A stretch of DNA of 64,000 nt from an uncultured Saprospiraceae bacterium (GTDB lineage: Bacteria > Bacteroidota > Bacteroidia > Chitinophagales > Saprospiraceae), in contig CAWINN010000006.1 in NCBI GenBank assembly GCA_963837505.1, forward strand, positions 30,826 to 94,825, in the 5' to 3' direction. Below, piece by piece: positions 8,248 through 17,925 of this stretch; within the stretch, counting starts at the first letter, position 1; each line of letters begins with the position of its first letter. Under the pieces are notes generated by a model that made no database searches, had not been told where the DNA came from, and worked only from the letters and a program-made list of their open reading frames with translations. A program made the position numbers and the translations under genes.

Positions 8248-9159
8248 ATGAATCGTTCTTATTTAAGTATTGTCGCTATGGCAATTCTTTTATTGTCTTC
8301 CTGCGTCAGTAAGAAGAAATTTACCGCCGTGCAATCTGAGCTTTCCGCCTGCAACGAAAAACTCGGCAAGTGTGATGCCGATCTGAAGGACTGCATGTCC
8401 AAGTTACAATCCTGTGAAACTGATCGCAGTTCAGCGAAAACTGAATTGAACAACCTGAAGGCCTCCAATCAAAGCCAAATGGATGATCTGAAGTCTCAGC
8501 TGGCCGATTGTAAATCACAACGGGATAAAATGCTGACACAAGTCGGTGATCTTGCCGTCATGTCACAGTCCTCCACCAAAAATATGGAGATGACGCTGTC
8601 TCAACTTGCTGAGAAAGACAAATACATACACCTGCTCCAGGCTGCCAAGACAAAAGCAGACAGTCTCAATCTCGCATTAGCTGTCAATCTGAAGAGCCAG
8701 CTGAAAGATGGTATTGAAGACCAGGACATCGATATTAAAATTGACAAGACGGTGGTGATGATTAATCTCTCCGACAAGATGTTGTTCCATTCCGGAAGCT
8801 CCAACCTGACTTCTAAAGCTAATGATGTACTGGCTAAAATTGCCCAAATCGTGAAGTCCAAACCAGACTTACAGGTGATGGTGGAAGGCTATACGGACAA
8901 TGTGCCCATTCATACGGATTGTATCAAGGACAACTGGGATCTCAGTGTTCACCGCGCTACTGCCGTTGTAAGGGTTATGCAAGGGAAATACAATATCAAT
9001 CCAGATCAGTTGATCGCCGCCGGCCGCGGAGAATACAACACGCTGACCTCGAACGATACTGCTGACGGTCGTGCTACTAACCGCCGGACCCGCATTATCA
9101 TCATGCCAAAACTGGATCAGTTCTATGATCTGCTGAACCCGGCTACTGCTCCGAAATAG
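8248..9159 (+). CDS. OmpA-family lipoprotein with N-terminal coiled coil
   Basis: Lipobox LLLSSC. The central region is heptad-rich and Cys-containing. C-terminal OmpA_C motifs: VMVEGYTDNVPI, NWDLSVHRA, GRATNRRTRIIIMP. Confidence 0.85.
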   Translation: MNRSYLSIVAMAILLLSSCVSKKKFTAVQSELSACNEKLGKCDADLKDCMSKLQSCETDRSSAKTELNNLKASNQSQMDDLKSQLADCKSQRDKMLTQVGDLAVMSQSSTKNMEMTLSQLAEKDKYIHLLQAAKTKADSLNLALAVNLKSQLKDGIEDQDIDIKIDKTVVMINLSDKMLFHSGSSNLTSKANDVLAKIAQIVKSKPDLQVMVEGYTDNVPIHTDCIKDNWDLSVHRATAVVRVMQGKYNINPDQLIAAGRGEYNTLTSNDTADGRATNRRTRIIIMPKLDQFYDLLNPATAPK

Positions 9160-9189
9160 TATAGAAACGTAAGCCGTACGAAATAAAAA

Positions 9190-9216
9190 AGCCTTTCCAG
9201 TGGGAAGGCTTTTTTA
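9190..9216 (+). terminator. Rho-independent terminator
   Basis: AGCCTTTCC-AGTG-GGAAGGCT stem-loop followed by TTTTT, 30 nt after the OmpA-family stop codon. Confidence 0.75.
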
Positions 9217-9315
9217 TTTGAACTTATTAAAAAAGAATAATCAGTAGCAATCGGGTTTCCCCTTCAGGGGAAAAGGAAATGAGCCATAGCGGCATTTCCA
9301 AAGGGACGGATCACA

Positions 9316-9900
9316 TCAAAACTTAATCCCCTTCACGATCTGATTCATCTTCGTGATCAAAGCCGGATCAGTATCTTCTGCAGCTACCCACACCTGCCAC
9401 ATCGAAGAATCATTCCGCAATAATATATCCTGAAAAAGCCACTTTTGATTGTCCAGCAGGAAGCTTCCGGTAGAATGGCGACCCGGTACTTTCTTCCATT
9501 TAATATCCTTCCCGGTCTGCTCCATCTGCTCTGCCTTGATCATGGTCATCGTGGTGGCGACTTCCTTTTCCAGCAGCTCGGAAGTGGTTTCTTCTATGGT
9601 GGTGTTGTATTGAATGAATTTGAAGACGGCTACCAGTTTACCTTCCGCATGATAAAATCTATAGGTATCAAATCGTTGCAACCGGTTGATCATATCTGAG
9701 GGAACTGAAGCTTCCATTGGGGTGACTTCCCCGGGCAATTTGATTTTAAGCGGAGGATCGCCAAGAGGAAATACCTTCCACTGATCGGTGTCCCCGGCTT
9801 GCGAGAGGCAGGCGGTCTGTAACAACAGGAGGCTGCAACACAGCAAACTCCAGGGCCGAAGCCCCATCCTGCAAAACGGTGTTAAGAATGGTTGCGTCAT
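9316..9900 (-). CDS. Hypothetical secreted protein
   Basis: 194-aa ORF with the signal-like segment RPWSLLCCSLLLLQTACLSQAG. I recognise no domain. The start could instead be the internal Met at 9867. Confidence 0.55.
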   Translation of the reverse strand: MTQPFLTPFCRMGLRPWSLLCCSLLLLQTACLSQAGDTDQWKVFPLGDPPLKIKLPGEVTPMEASVPSDMINRLQRFDTYRFYHAEGKLVAVFKFIQYNTTIEETTSELLEKEVATTMTMIKAEQMEQTGKDIKWKKVPGRHSTGSFLLDNQKWLFQDILLRNDSSMWQVWVAAEDTDPALITKMNQIVKGIKF

Positions 9901-9991
9901 GAATAAGCCACAAAATACTCAATCGAGACACATGAGGGAATTCATCCCGAAATGTTTCCATAGCCTGGAAGGAAAGTTACTTTTGTGCCCA

Positions 9992-11209
9992 GTGGATTCT
10001 ATCACGCACTTGGTCCTGGGAGCAGCTATCGGAGAAGCTACCCTGGGTAAAAAATTGGGCAACCGGGCTCTGATCTGGGGCGCTATCGGGGAGACCATCC
10101 CCGACCTCGATGTATTTGCAGGGCCGTTTATGACCGATCTGCAGGCTATGGCGTTCCACCGGAGTATAACGCATTCTATTGCATTCGCTGTCCTGGCCCC
10201 TTTACTTTTTGGATATTTGGTTCATCGGTTGTATAGCACCGGGTTTCATGCGACAAAAGCATATAAAACCACAATAGCCCTGCTCAATGGCATGATGCTG
10301 TGCGCCATAACCGTAGGGATCAATTATCTCTTTCGTCAACAGGGTCTTTCTCGCTGGGTGATCCTCATGATCACGGCCGCAGCCTCCTTGTTCCTTTTAT
10401 GGCGCCTGCATCAATATTATTGGAAAAAAGACCTGGAACGGCCGGTGATTTCATTCCGGCAATGGTATTGGCTTTTCTTTCTCACCTTCGCTACCCATAT
10501 CCTTTTAGACTGCTGTACAGCTTATGGCACGCAGGTGTTTCAGCCTTTTTCCAACAAGCGTATCGCCTTTGATAATATTGCTGTTGCAGATCCCGCTTAT
10601 ACCATCCCATTTTTGATAGCCGTGGTCATCATGGCATTTCTGCCCAGGAACACGAAGAGGAGGACCATAACGAACTGGGTCGGCATTGGTATCAGTTGCA
10701 CCTATCTTTTATTTACCGTTTTCAATAAAATGCATGTTGATCGCGTTTTTGACAAGGCCCTTGCCCATCGCCATATAGAACCCACCCGTACAAGAGCAAC
10801 GGCTACCATTTTTAATAATATCTTATGGGCCTGCGTGGCAGAAGACCGGAAAAATTATTATATCGGCCAGTATTCATTATTCGATAGCGATCCGAATCTT
10901 CATTATCTCAATGTGTTGCCTAAACATGATTCCATCCGGGCGTTGCTTGCCGATGAAAAGGATTATAAAAAATTGATGTGGTTTTCGAATGGCTACCTGG
11001 CTGACTTTCCCACCGACACCGCAATATTCCTTTCTGATATTCGCTATGGTGGTTTCGGTGATACCATCACCAGTCATACCGATATGTTTATGAATTTTAA
11101 AGTGGTGAATGAAAACGGGGAATGGAAGTTTTCAGAATATCGGGAACCTTTCAAAGGGACGATTGGGGAAGCATTTCGCAAGCTGTGGAAAAGAATCAAG
11201 GGATATTAA
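9992..11209 (+). CDS. Membrane-bound metal-dependent hydrolase (YdjM/YbcI, DUF457-like) with C-terminal extension
   Basis: VDSITHLVLGAAIGEATLGKK...GAIGETIPDLDVF matches the N-terminus of the DUF457 family, which normally begins MDSITH. I therefore prefer the GTG at 9992, with ATG 9932 as the alternative. The listed start at 9788 overlaps the divergent neighbour. Confidence 0.7.
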   Translation: MDSITHLVLGAAIGEATLGKKLGNRALIWGAIGETIPDLDVFAGPFMTDLQAMAFHRSITHSIAFAVLAPLLFGYLVHRLYSTGFHATKAYKTTIALLNGMMLCAITVGINYLFRQQGLSRWVILMITAAASLFLLWRLHQYYWKKDLERPVISFRQWYWLFFLTFATHILLDCCTAYGTQVFQPFSNKRIAFDNIAVADPAYTIPFLIAVVIMAFLPRNTKRRTITNWVGIGISCTYLLFTVFNKMHVDRVFDKALAHRHIEPTRTRATATIFNNILWACVAEDRKNYYIGQYSLFDSDPNLHYLNVLPKHDSIRALLADEKDYKKLMWFSNGYLADFPTDTAIFLSDIRYGGFGDTITSHTDMFMNFKVVNENGEWKFSEYREPFKGTIGEAFRKLWKRIKGY

Positions 11210-11213
11210 ATAA

Positions 11214-12149
11214 TTGACACCATTGAGTTCTCCTGTACCTAATAACCGTAAAGCTTATCTCGCTTTGCTGGTGGTCTGCTTTGTGTGGGGCGTATCCTGG
11301 GTAGGCACCAAGGAAGCCGTCCGGTACATGCCTCCCTTTCAAATGGTAGGTATCCGGCATATCCTGGCCGGACTCTGTTACATTGGTTTTTTCATCATCC
11401 GCGGTGACAGGTTTCCCCGGGGTAAAGAGTGGCAGCCCATCCTCTTGCTCTCCTTTCTGAATTTCATGGTCAGCAATGGGCTGGCTACGTGGGGCGTCAA
11501 ATTAACCACGGCGGGGATCAGTGCGATCCTTGGGGCCATTTTTCCATTATGGATGGTGATCATTATCACCTTCAGAGGAGGAAAACGCATTCCGAAATTA
11601 GCCTGGGCAGGTTTTCTGTCAGGGTTTATCGGTATATGCATCATCTTTTATGATCACCTCCTGTTACTTTTTGATTATTCTTTTTTAGGTGGCATTTTAC
11701 TCGGCCTGATCGCTTCCCTGTCTTGGGCTTTTGGCACGCTGTACACGAAACAATTTGCAATCACTTTTAATCCGTATCACAGTATCGGATGGCAAATGCT
11801 GATCTCCGGCATCACCTTGAATATCATCGCCACGGCCACCGGACAAACCGTTCCACTGATGGACATATCCCTGCATACCTGGGGAGCGATATTATTCCTG
11901 GTTATCATCAGTTCGATCATTGCCTTTGTGGCGTATCTCTATGCGCTGCAGCGATTGCCGGCCAGCCTGGTGTCCACCTATGCTTATATCAATCCGATTG
12001 TGGCGGTCTTTGTCGGTCATTTTTTTATTCATGAGAAGTTATCCCTGCTGATCCTGGAAGGATCAGTAGTGACCCTGACCGGAGTGTATATTGTTAACAG
12101 GGCCTTAAACAAAAGGAAAAAAGAAGAGGTGCCGGAAATTGGATCCTGA
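11214..12149 (+). CDS. EamA-family (DMT superfamily) transporter
   Basis: About 10 predicted TM helices in two EamA-like halves (WGVSWVGTKEAV...; LISGITLNI...ALQRLPASLVSTYAYINPIVA). TTG start 5 nt after the upstream stop. Confidence 0.8.
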   Translation: MTPLSSPVPNNRKAYLALLVVCFVWGVSWVGTKEAVRYMPPFQMVGIRHILAGLCYIGFFIIRGDRFPRGKEWQPILLLSFLNFMVSNGLATWGVKLTTAGISAILGAIFPLWMVIIITFRGGKRIPKLAWAGFLSGFIGICIIFYDHLLLLFDYSFLGGILLGLIASLSWAFGTLYTKQFAITFNPYHSIGWQMLISGITLNIIATATGQTVPLMDISLHTWGAILFLVIISSIIAFVAYLYALQRLPASLVSTYAYINPIVAVFVGHFFIHEKLSLLILEGSVVTLTGVYIVNRALNKRKKEEVPEIGS

Positions 12150-12387
12150 ACAGGTTACCGAATACGTGAAGCCAGGGGTTGGTCAGCTTCAACTGAATAT
12201 AAAATTCACCACCTGGGTAAAATCGTAGACAATATTATTTTCTAAAAAGCAGTGCTCTCCTGTTTCGATTTAATTCCATTCAATTATCTTCCCGTGCGGT
12301 AAGGGAAAACGGATACATTTATCCGGACCTGCAGCCTACCCTCTCTGCCGCCGCCGCCACAACCTGACTTTTTCTTATAAAACCGCT

Positions 12388-15243
12388 ATGTCTATGAAAC
12401 GATTGATTTCCATCCCTTGCCTTTGTCTTGCCCTGATTCATCTGTGTAACGCCCAGATGATCACTCATAAAAAGGAACACCTTTTTCATCATCCTGTGAC
12501 CCGTTCCAGATCTGTCCAAAGTTTTATTTATTCCCTGTCCACTTCCACCGATACCTACACGGACCTGACCGGCGCCATTTCGCTGAACAATGGAGAGATC
12601 TGGGATGATCCCACCTACATCATGCCCATGGCTTTTCCTTTTGAGATCAATGGCAATCCCATTACACAGCTTGAGTTTTACGGAGGTGGTTCATTAATGC
12701 GAGCGCCAACTTCGGATCCGGATTTTTATAATTATCTCTTTTCTTTTGAAGTCGATCTGATTGACAGGGGAGCGAATGGCACCACATCGCTTTCACCAAT
12801 CAGCTACAAGGTGGAAGGTACACCCGGAAATCGCATTCAAAAAGTCGAGTTTAAGAATGCCGGTTCGTATTCTGAAATGGATCAAGAGGGAACATTGAAT
12901 ATGTATGTCAATTTCCAGATGTGGCTGTATGAAGGCAGCCATAAAATCGAATATCATTATGGGCCTAGTTTTATAAATGATCCGGCATTATTTTACGATG
13001 ATGGAGGAGGACCAGGAGTTGGCGTTGCCGATTATGATGAAACAAATGACATCATTAGCAATCCCCATTTTATTATCGGATCCGCCTCCAACCCATTCCT
13101 GTCCGCCAATCCAATCCTGCTGACCGGTACGCCCGCAGAAGGAATGGTGTACAGCCTGACCGTGATCACTCCACTGGAAATCACCCTGGCGAGTGAAAAT
13201 GCGGATTCCTATTGCAGTCCCAATGGCACAGCCTCGGTCACTGCCAGCGGTGGCACTGAGCCCTACACTTACTTTTGGGACAATGGAGAAACTACGCCTG
13301 CCATCATCCATCTTGATGCAGGAACCTACAGTGTTACAGTCACCGATGCTGATGGGTCTTTTTTGACCGGTGCTGTCACTATATCCAATGTGGAGGCGAT
13401 GACGTTGATGGTCACCGGTACAGATGAAACGAGTGCAGGCGCCAATGATGGCATGGCCGAAGTCCAGGCTTCTGGTGGATTATCTCCTTATACCTATTTC
13501 TGGAACACCGGAGAAACGACCAACCTGATCGAAAATTTAGCTCCCGGTATTTACTCCGTTACGGTAACGGATGCCAGCGTCTGCACTGAACAACAAAGTA
13601 TATCCATCAACGCATTTGATTGTCCGGACTTAACCCTGGAAGTCGGCATTACCAACATCAGTTGCTTTGGAGATTGTAACGGCAGTATCAATATATTGCA
13701 AATCGGGCAAGGAACAGCGCCATTCAGCTTCTTGTGGAGCCAGGGAAGTATAACGCCGGTCATCCAGAATCTTTGTTCCGGTGATTACGCTGTCACGGTG
13801 ATTGATGCTAATGGTTGCATAGTCCTCGGCAATTATGTCATCTCTCAACCTGAAGAACTCATTCCAAATGCAGGCTCCACGAATGAAAGTCTGTTAAATC
13901 AACATGACGGCACAGCCTGGGCCGCTCCTTCAGGCGGGACGCCTCCGTATAGCTATGAGTGGAGTACAACCAGCACGGACTCCCTGATTACCGGCCTGAT
14001 GCCGGGTACCTACACGGTCACCGTAACGGACGATAATTCCTGTAGTTCAACGCAATCGGTTACCATAGCTGCGGGACCATGTGGAATACTGACTGATCAA
14101 ATTGTGGGGGTTACTTGCAATGGAAGTTGTGATGGCGCAATTGTTCTGAATTTCCCGAATGGGGAGTCCCCCATACTTTATATCTGGAATACAGGAGACA
14201 CTACTTCCCTGATTTCAAATCTGTGTGCGGGTGATTATAGCGTTACAGCTACAGACAATACAGGTTGTATGGTTTCCGGCAATTATACCCTGCAGGAACC
14301 TTCCGCTTTGGAGACCAATGGCGGAAGTTCAGATGAGACCATGAATCTGAATGACGGCACCGCCTGGGTTGCACCGACGGGGGGCACACCGCCCTATGCT
14401 TATCACTGGGATAATGGCAGTACAGATTCCCTGATTATCAATCTTTCTCCCGGCGAATACGTGGTCAGTGTTTCAGATGCGAATGGATGTGTAGCTGGCG
14501 AAAGTATAGTCGTAAATGCCTATACCTGTCTGCCTGGAATGCTATTCGGGAATACCCCTATAACTTGCTATGGCAACTGTGATGGCTCTGTCAGTTTGTC
14601 CATCATTGGAGGGACTGGTCCTTTCACCTATAGCTGGAGCAACGGTGATACGACGAATATGATCAACCATCTATGCGTTGGAACTTACGAAATAACGGTA
14701 ACGGATGTCGGGCAGAACTGTGTTTCCTCTTCTTCATTTGAACTGGAACAACCGGATTCACTATATGCGGTTGTGGATGAAGTGGTGAATCTGACAGACA
14801 GCACATCCTCTGCGATTAACCTTACGGCCTTTGGAGGAACACCCCCATATGAATATCAATGGATGGGAACCAATGGATTTTCAAGCACCCAGGAAGACCT
14901 GAGTGGAATACCGGAAGGGACTTACTCGGTTGTGGTTTTGGATGCTAACGGATGCCAGAGCGGAATCGATTCCATTCAAATCCTCGATCTGACGGTTGGG
15001 CTCTCTCCTGTTCCTGAATGGGGCCTGTCTTTATTTCCAAATCCGGCACAGGATAAGGTTTTTATCAATGGACTCCACTTCAATGAATATCAAATTCAGT
15101 TAATGACCACGGACGGTCAGCCACGGAAGCTTTGGAAAAATATGTCTGCCCTCGATGTGCATGATGTGGTACCGGGTATGTATATACTTAAATTTATTTC
15201 TGGTAAAAATTCATTGGTTAAACCGCTGCTCATTGTGCGATAA
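12388..15243 (+). CDS. SprB-repeat secreted protein with T9SS C-terminal sorting domain
   Basis: Signal peptide. About 8 repeats of the pattern C.G.CDGS....GGT.PY.Y.W..G.T...I..L..G.Y.VTVTD.NGC. C-terminal LFPNPAQDKVFI...GMYILKF tail. Confidence 0.85.
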   Translation: MSMKRLISIPCLCLALIHLCNAQMITHKKEHLFHHPVTRSRSVQSFIYSLSTSTDTYTDLTGAISLNNGEIWDDPTYIMPMAFPFEINGNPITQLEFYGGGSLMRAPTSDPDFYNYLFSFEVDLIDRGANGTTSLSPISYKVEGTPGNRIQKVEFKNAGSYSEMDQEGTLNMYVNFQMWLYEGSHKIEYHYGPSFINDPALFYDDGGGPGVGVADYDETNDIISNPHFIIGSASNPFLSANPILLTGTPAEGMVYSLTVITPLEITLASENADSYCSPNGTASVTASGGTEPYTYFWDNGETTPAIIHLDAGTYSVTVTDADGSFLTGAVTISNVEAMTLMVTGTDETSAGANDGMAEVQASGGLSPYTYFWNTGETTNLIENLAPGIYSVTVTDASVCTEQQSISINAFDCPDLTLEVGITNISCFGDCNGSINILQIGQGTAPFSFLWSQGSITPVIQNLCSGDYAVTVIDANGCIVLGNYVISQPEELIPNAGSTNESLLNQHDGTAWAAPSGGTPPYSYEWSTTSTDSLITGLMPGTYTVTVTDDNSCSSTQSVTIAAGPCGILTDQIVGVTCNGSCDGAIVLNFPNGESPILYIWNTGDTTSLISNLCAGDYSVTATDNTGCMVSGNYTLQEPSALETNGGSSDETMNLNDGTAWVAPTGGTPPYAYHWDNGSTDSLIINLSPGEYVVSVSDANGCVAGESIVVNAYTCLPGMLFGNTPITCYGNCDGSVSLSIIGGTGPFTYSWSNGDTTNMINHLCVGTYEITVTDVGQNCVSSSSFELEQPDSLYAVVDEVVNLTDSTSSAINLTAFGGTPPYEYQWMGTNGFSSTQEDLSGIPEGTYSVVVLDANGCQSGIDSIQILDLTVGLSPVPEWGLSLFPNPAQDKVFINGLHFNEYQIQLMTTDGQPRKLWKNMSALDVHDVVPGMYILKFISGKNSLVKPLLIVR

Positions 15244-15428
15244 GAAATGATAATACAGTAATCAAATAATGAAAACCGGCGATCACTTAACTGAGGTCGC
15301 CAGTTTAATTTACGCTTTATAGGCTTATCTTGCGCCCTTATTTTTTTGGAGGAACTGCATATTTCACCAGTCCGAAAATTGACTTCTTCCAAAGAATTCA
15401 ACCTCTTTCTTTATTCATTATCCTGTAA

Positions 15429-17834
15429 ATGAAGCGACTGCTTTCTTGTGTCATGCTATGTGGTCTCGTGGTCCAGTGGGGAAGCGCCCAGGGAAACAGC
15501 AAAGATAGTACCGGGAATTCCCAATTTCACAGGCCCAAGGCAAGGGCCCTGGCCAGTTTTAATTATGACTTTACGACCTCCGTGGATCCCTATGCGGACC
15601 TGGTCGGAGCCACCTCCATCAACAATGGAGAAATCTGGGATCAGCCTACCTACACGGTATTCATGGACTTTCCGTTTGAATTAAACGGACATGCGGTTAC
15701 GTCGTTTCATTTTAATGGCAGCGGATCTTCCCTGGCCTCCTACATCCAGGTCCCATTTGTAGTAGCTGAAATATTCCCTTTTGAATCGGACCTCATCGAC
15801 CGGGGCGCGCTTGGCAGTGCATCCCTTTCTCCGATCAGCTATTCAACAGAAGGCCAACCCGGAAGCCGGATCCAAAAAATAGAATTCAATAATGCAGGCT
15901 CTTATTTTGAAATGGATGAACTGGGCACCCTGGATATGTACGTCAATTTTCAGTGCTGGCTCTATGAAGGAAGTAATAACATCGAATTTCATTTCGGACC
16001 CAGTTCGATCCCCAATCCACTTGTTTTTTATGGAGGTGGCAATGGCCCGGAATGTGGACTAACGGATTATGATGAATTCGATAATTTATTTACGAATGGT
16101 CATTTTTTAATGGGTTCCGCCTCGAATCCATTCTTGTCTGAAGATCTCAGCTTTATAAACGGGACACCTGCCTCCGGTACCGTATATCGCTTTACTTATA
16201 TAGCGCCGGTAACCCTAATGGTAACCGGCGAAGAGGGCACTTCCTTTTGCCAACCCAATGGCTCAGCGCAAGTAGAAGCGACCGGTGGAATACTGCCCTA
16301 CGCCTACCTTTGGAGTACAGGGGCCACCACCTCTTCAATTGACAGCCTTGATGCAGGCACTTATCACGTAACCGTAACAGATGCAAACGGATCCTCAGTT
16401 ACGGATAGCGTGACGATAGTCAATGCTCCTCCTATGATCGTCAATGTGACGAGCAGCAATGAAACAGCCCCCGGGGCTAATGATGGGACGGCGCAAGCAT
16501 TCCCCACCGGCGGATCACCCCCGTATATGTTTGCCTGGAGTAATGGAGACACTTCCTCCCTGAATACCGGATTAGCACCGGGCAGTTATGAAGTGACTGT
16601 AACCGATTCCAGTGAATGCGAAATTGTGCAGAGTATATATATAAATGCATTTACCTGTCCCGACCTGGCCCTCGAAGCCAGCATTCTCAATGCCACTTGC
16701 TTTGGTCAATGCAACGGAAGTATCAGTGTCTTGCCCATCGGCCTGGGAACACCTCCATATACTTTCCACTGGAATGAAGGAAGCTCAACACCGGCCATCG
16801 CGGAGCTATGTTGGGGAGATTATTCCGTCATGGTAGTGGATGCCAATGGATGCACCGTCGATGGAAACTACCAGGTTGGACAGCCAGCAGAACTTTTATT
16901 GAGTATAGGTTCGACAAATGAAAGTTCTTCAGAGCAAAATGATGGTACAGTCTGGGCAGCTCCATCAGGGGGTACTCCCCCGTATGCGTATACATGGAAC
17001 AATGGAAGCACGGATTCGCTCATCATTAATTTGACCCCCGGAGAATATGTGGTGACCCTATCCGATGCGTTCGGATGCGATACCAGGGATAGCATCGTAG
17101 TGCATCCTTTCTGCACAGGCTATATGGAAGGATCAATTCAAAATTATTCATGTCTGGATACGTGTCAATGGGGCGTTTCCTATTTTATTGTGGATGGTGG
17201 ATCTGGTCCCTATTCCTATTTATGGAGTACCGGAGATACCACCATCAACTCTCTTGATGGTTTATGTCCCGGTCCTTATGGCCTTACTATAGTTGACATG
17301 TCAACACAATGCATGTATGTTACGGCCTTTTCAATCATTCAGCCTGAACCCATTATCGCTGTGGTAGACACAATAATGAATCTAACTGACAGTTCTGCGG
17401 CAGCAATTTCCATAAGTGTGATTTCCGGTACACCACCATATTTTTTCTCCTGGTATGGTCCGAATGGATATGCAGGGAATGAAGAAGATTTGACAGGAAT
17501 TGAACCCGGATTTTATACCGTTCAGGTTTACAACACCTCCGGCCATTGCGGTGAAATTGACTCTATAGAAGTTCTTGATATGACTGTTGATGTCAGTATC
17601 CTTCCAGTATGGGGTCTGGATATTTATCCAAATCCGGCCCATGACAAAATCTTTGTCCAGGGGATTGATGTCAAAGAATTTCAAATTCAGTTGCTGTCAT
17701 CGGATGGAGTCTCCCTGAGGCAATGGAGAAACACTTCTATCCTGGATATACAAGATCTGGCACCCGGTATGTATTATCTCCAACTGACTTCGGATAGAAA
17801 TTCGGTGACCAGACCCATTCTCATCATGCGATAA
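15429..17834 (+). CDS. SprB-repeat secreted protein with T9SS C-terminal sorting domain (paralog of 12388..15243)
   Basis: The N-terminal ~260 aa are collinear with the upstream paralog (LSPISY..EG.PG.RIQK.EF.NAGSY.EMD..GTL.MYVNFQ.WLYEGS). It has the same SprB repeats. C-terminal IYPNPAHDKIFV tail. Confidence 0.85.
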   Translation: MKRLLSCVMLCGLVVQWGSAQGNSKDSTGNSQFHRPKARALASFNYDFTTSVDPYADLVGATSINNGEIWDQPTYTVFMDFPFELNGHAVTSFHFNGSGSSLASYIQVPFVVAEIFPFESDLIDRGALGSASLSPISYSTEGQPGSRIQKIEFNNAGSYFEMDELGTLDMYVNFQCWLYEGSNNIEFHFGPSSIPNPLVFYGGGNGPECGLTDYDEFDNLFTNGHFLMGSASNPFLSEDLSFINGTPASGTVYRFTYIAPVTLMVTGEEGTSFCQPNGSAQVEATGGILPYAYLWSTGATTSSIDSLDAGTYHVTVTDANGSSVTDSVTIVNAPPMIVNVTSSNETAPGANDGTAQAFPTGGSPPYMFAWSNGDTSSLNTGLAPGSYEVTVTDSSECEIVQSIYINAFTCPDLALEASILNATCFGQCNGSISVLPIGLGTPPYTFHWNEGSSTPAIAELCWGDYSVMVVDANGCTVDGNYQVGQPAELLLSIGSTNESSSEQNDGTVWAAPSGGTPPYAYTWNNGSTDSLIINLTPGEYVVTLSDAFGCDTRDSIVVHPFCTGYMEGSIQNYSCLDTCQWGVSYFIVDGGSGPYSYLWSTGDTTINSLDGLCPGPYGLTIVDMSTQCMYVTAFSIIQPEPIIAVVDTIMNLTDSSAAAISISVISGTPPYFFSWYGPNGYAGNEEDLTGIEPGFYTVQVYNTSGHCGEIDSIEVLDMTVDVSILPVWGLDIYPNPAHDKIFVQGIDVKEFQIQLLSSDGVSLRQWRNTSILDIQDLAPGMYYLQLTSDRNSVTRPILIMR

Positions 17835-17842
17835 TCAAAAAG

Positions 17843-17882
17843 AAGGCGACATCATCTTGTGATCATGTCGCCTTCCATTTTT
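17843..17882. terminator. Bidirectional stem-loop terminator between convergent genes
   Basis: AAGGCGACATCATC..GATCATGTCGCCTT forms a ~14-16 bp stem, followed by CCATTTTT on the + strand and preceded by AAAAAG. Confidence 0.7.
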
Positions 17883-17925
17883 GACTCCCCTGTTCCGGAA
17901 GGATGAGCCGTGTAAAGAAATTATT

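Noticed and set aside
9788-9991. 5' extension of the DUF457-like hydrolase ORF
   Set aside because: It overlaps the divergent gene 9316..9900 by more than 100 nt. The family N-terminus (xDSITHLVLGAA) begins at the GTG at 9992.
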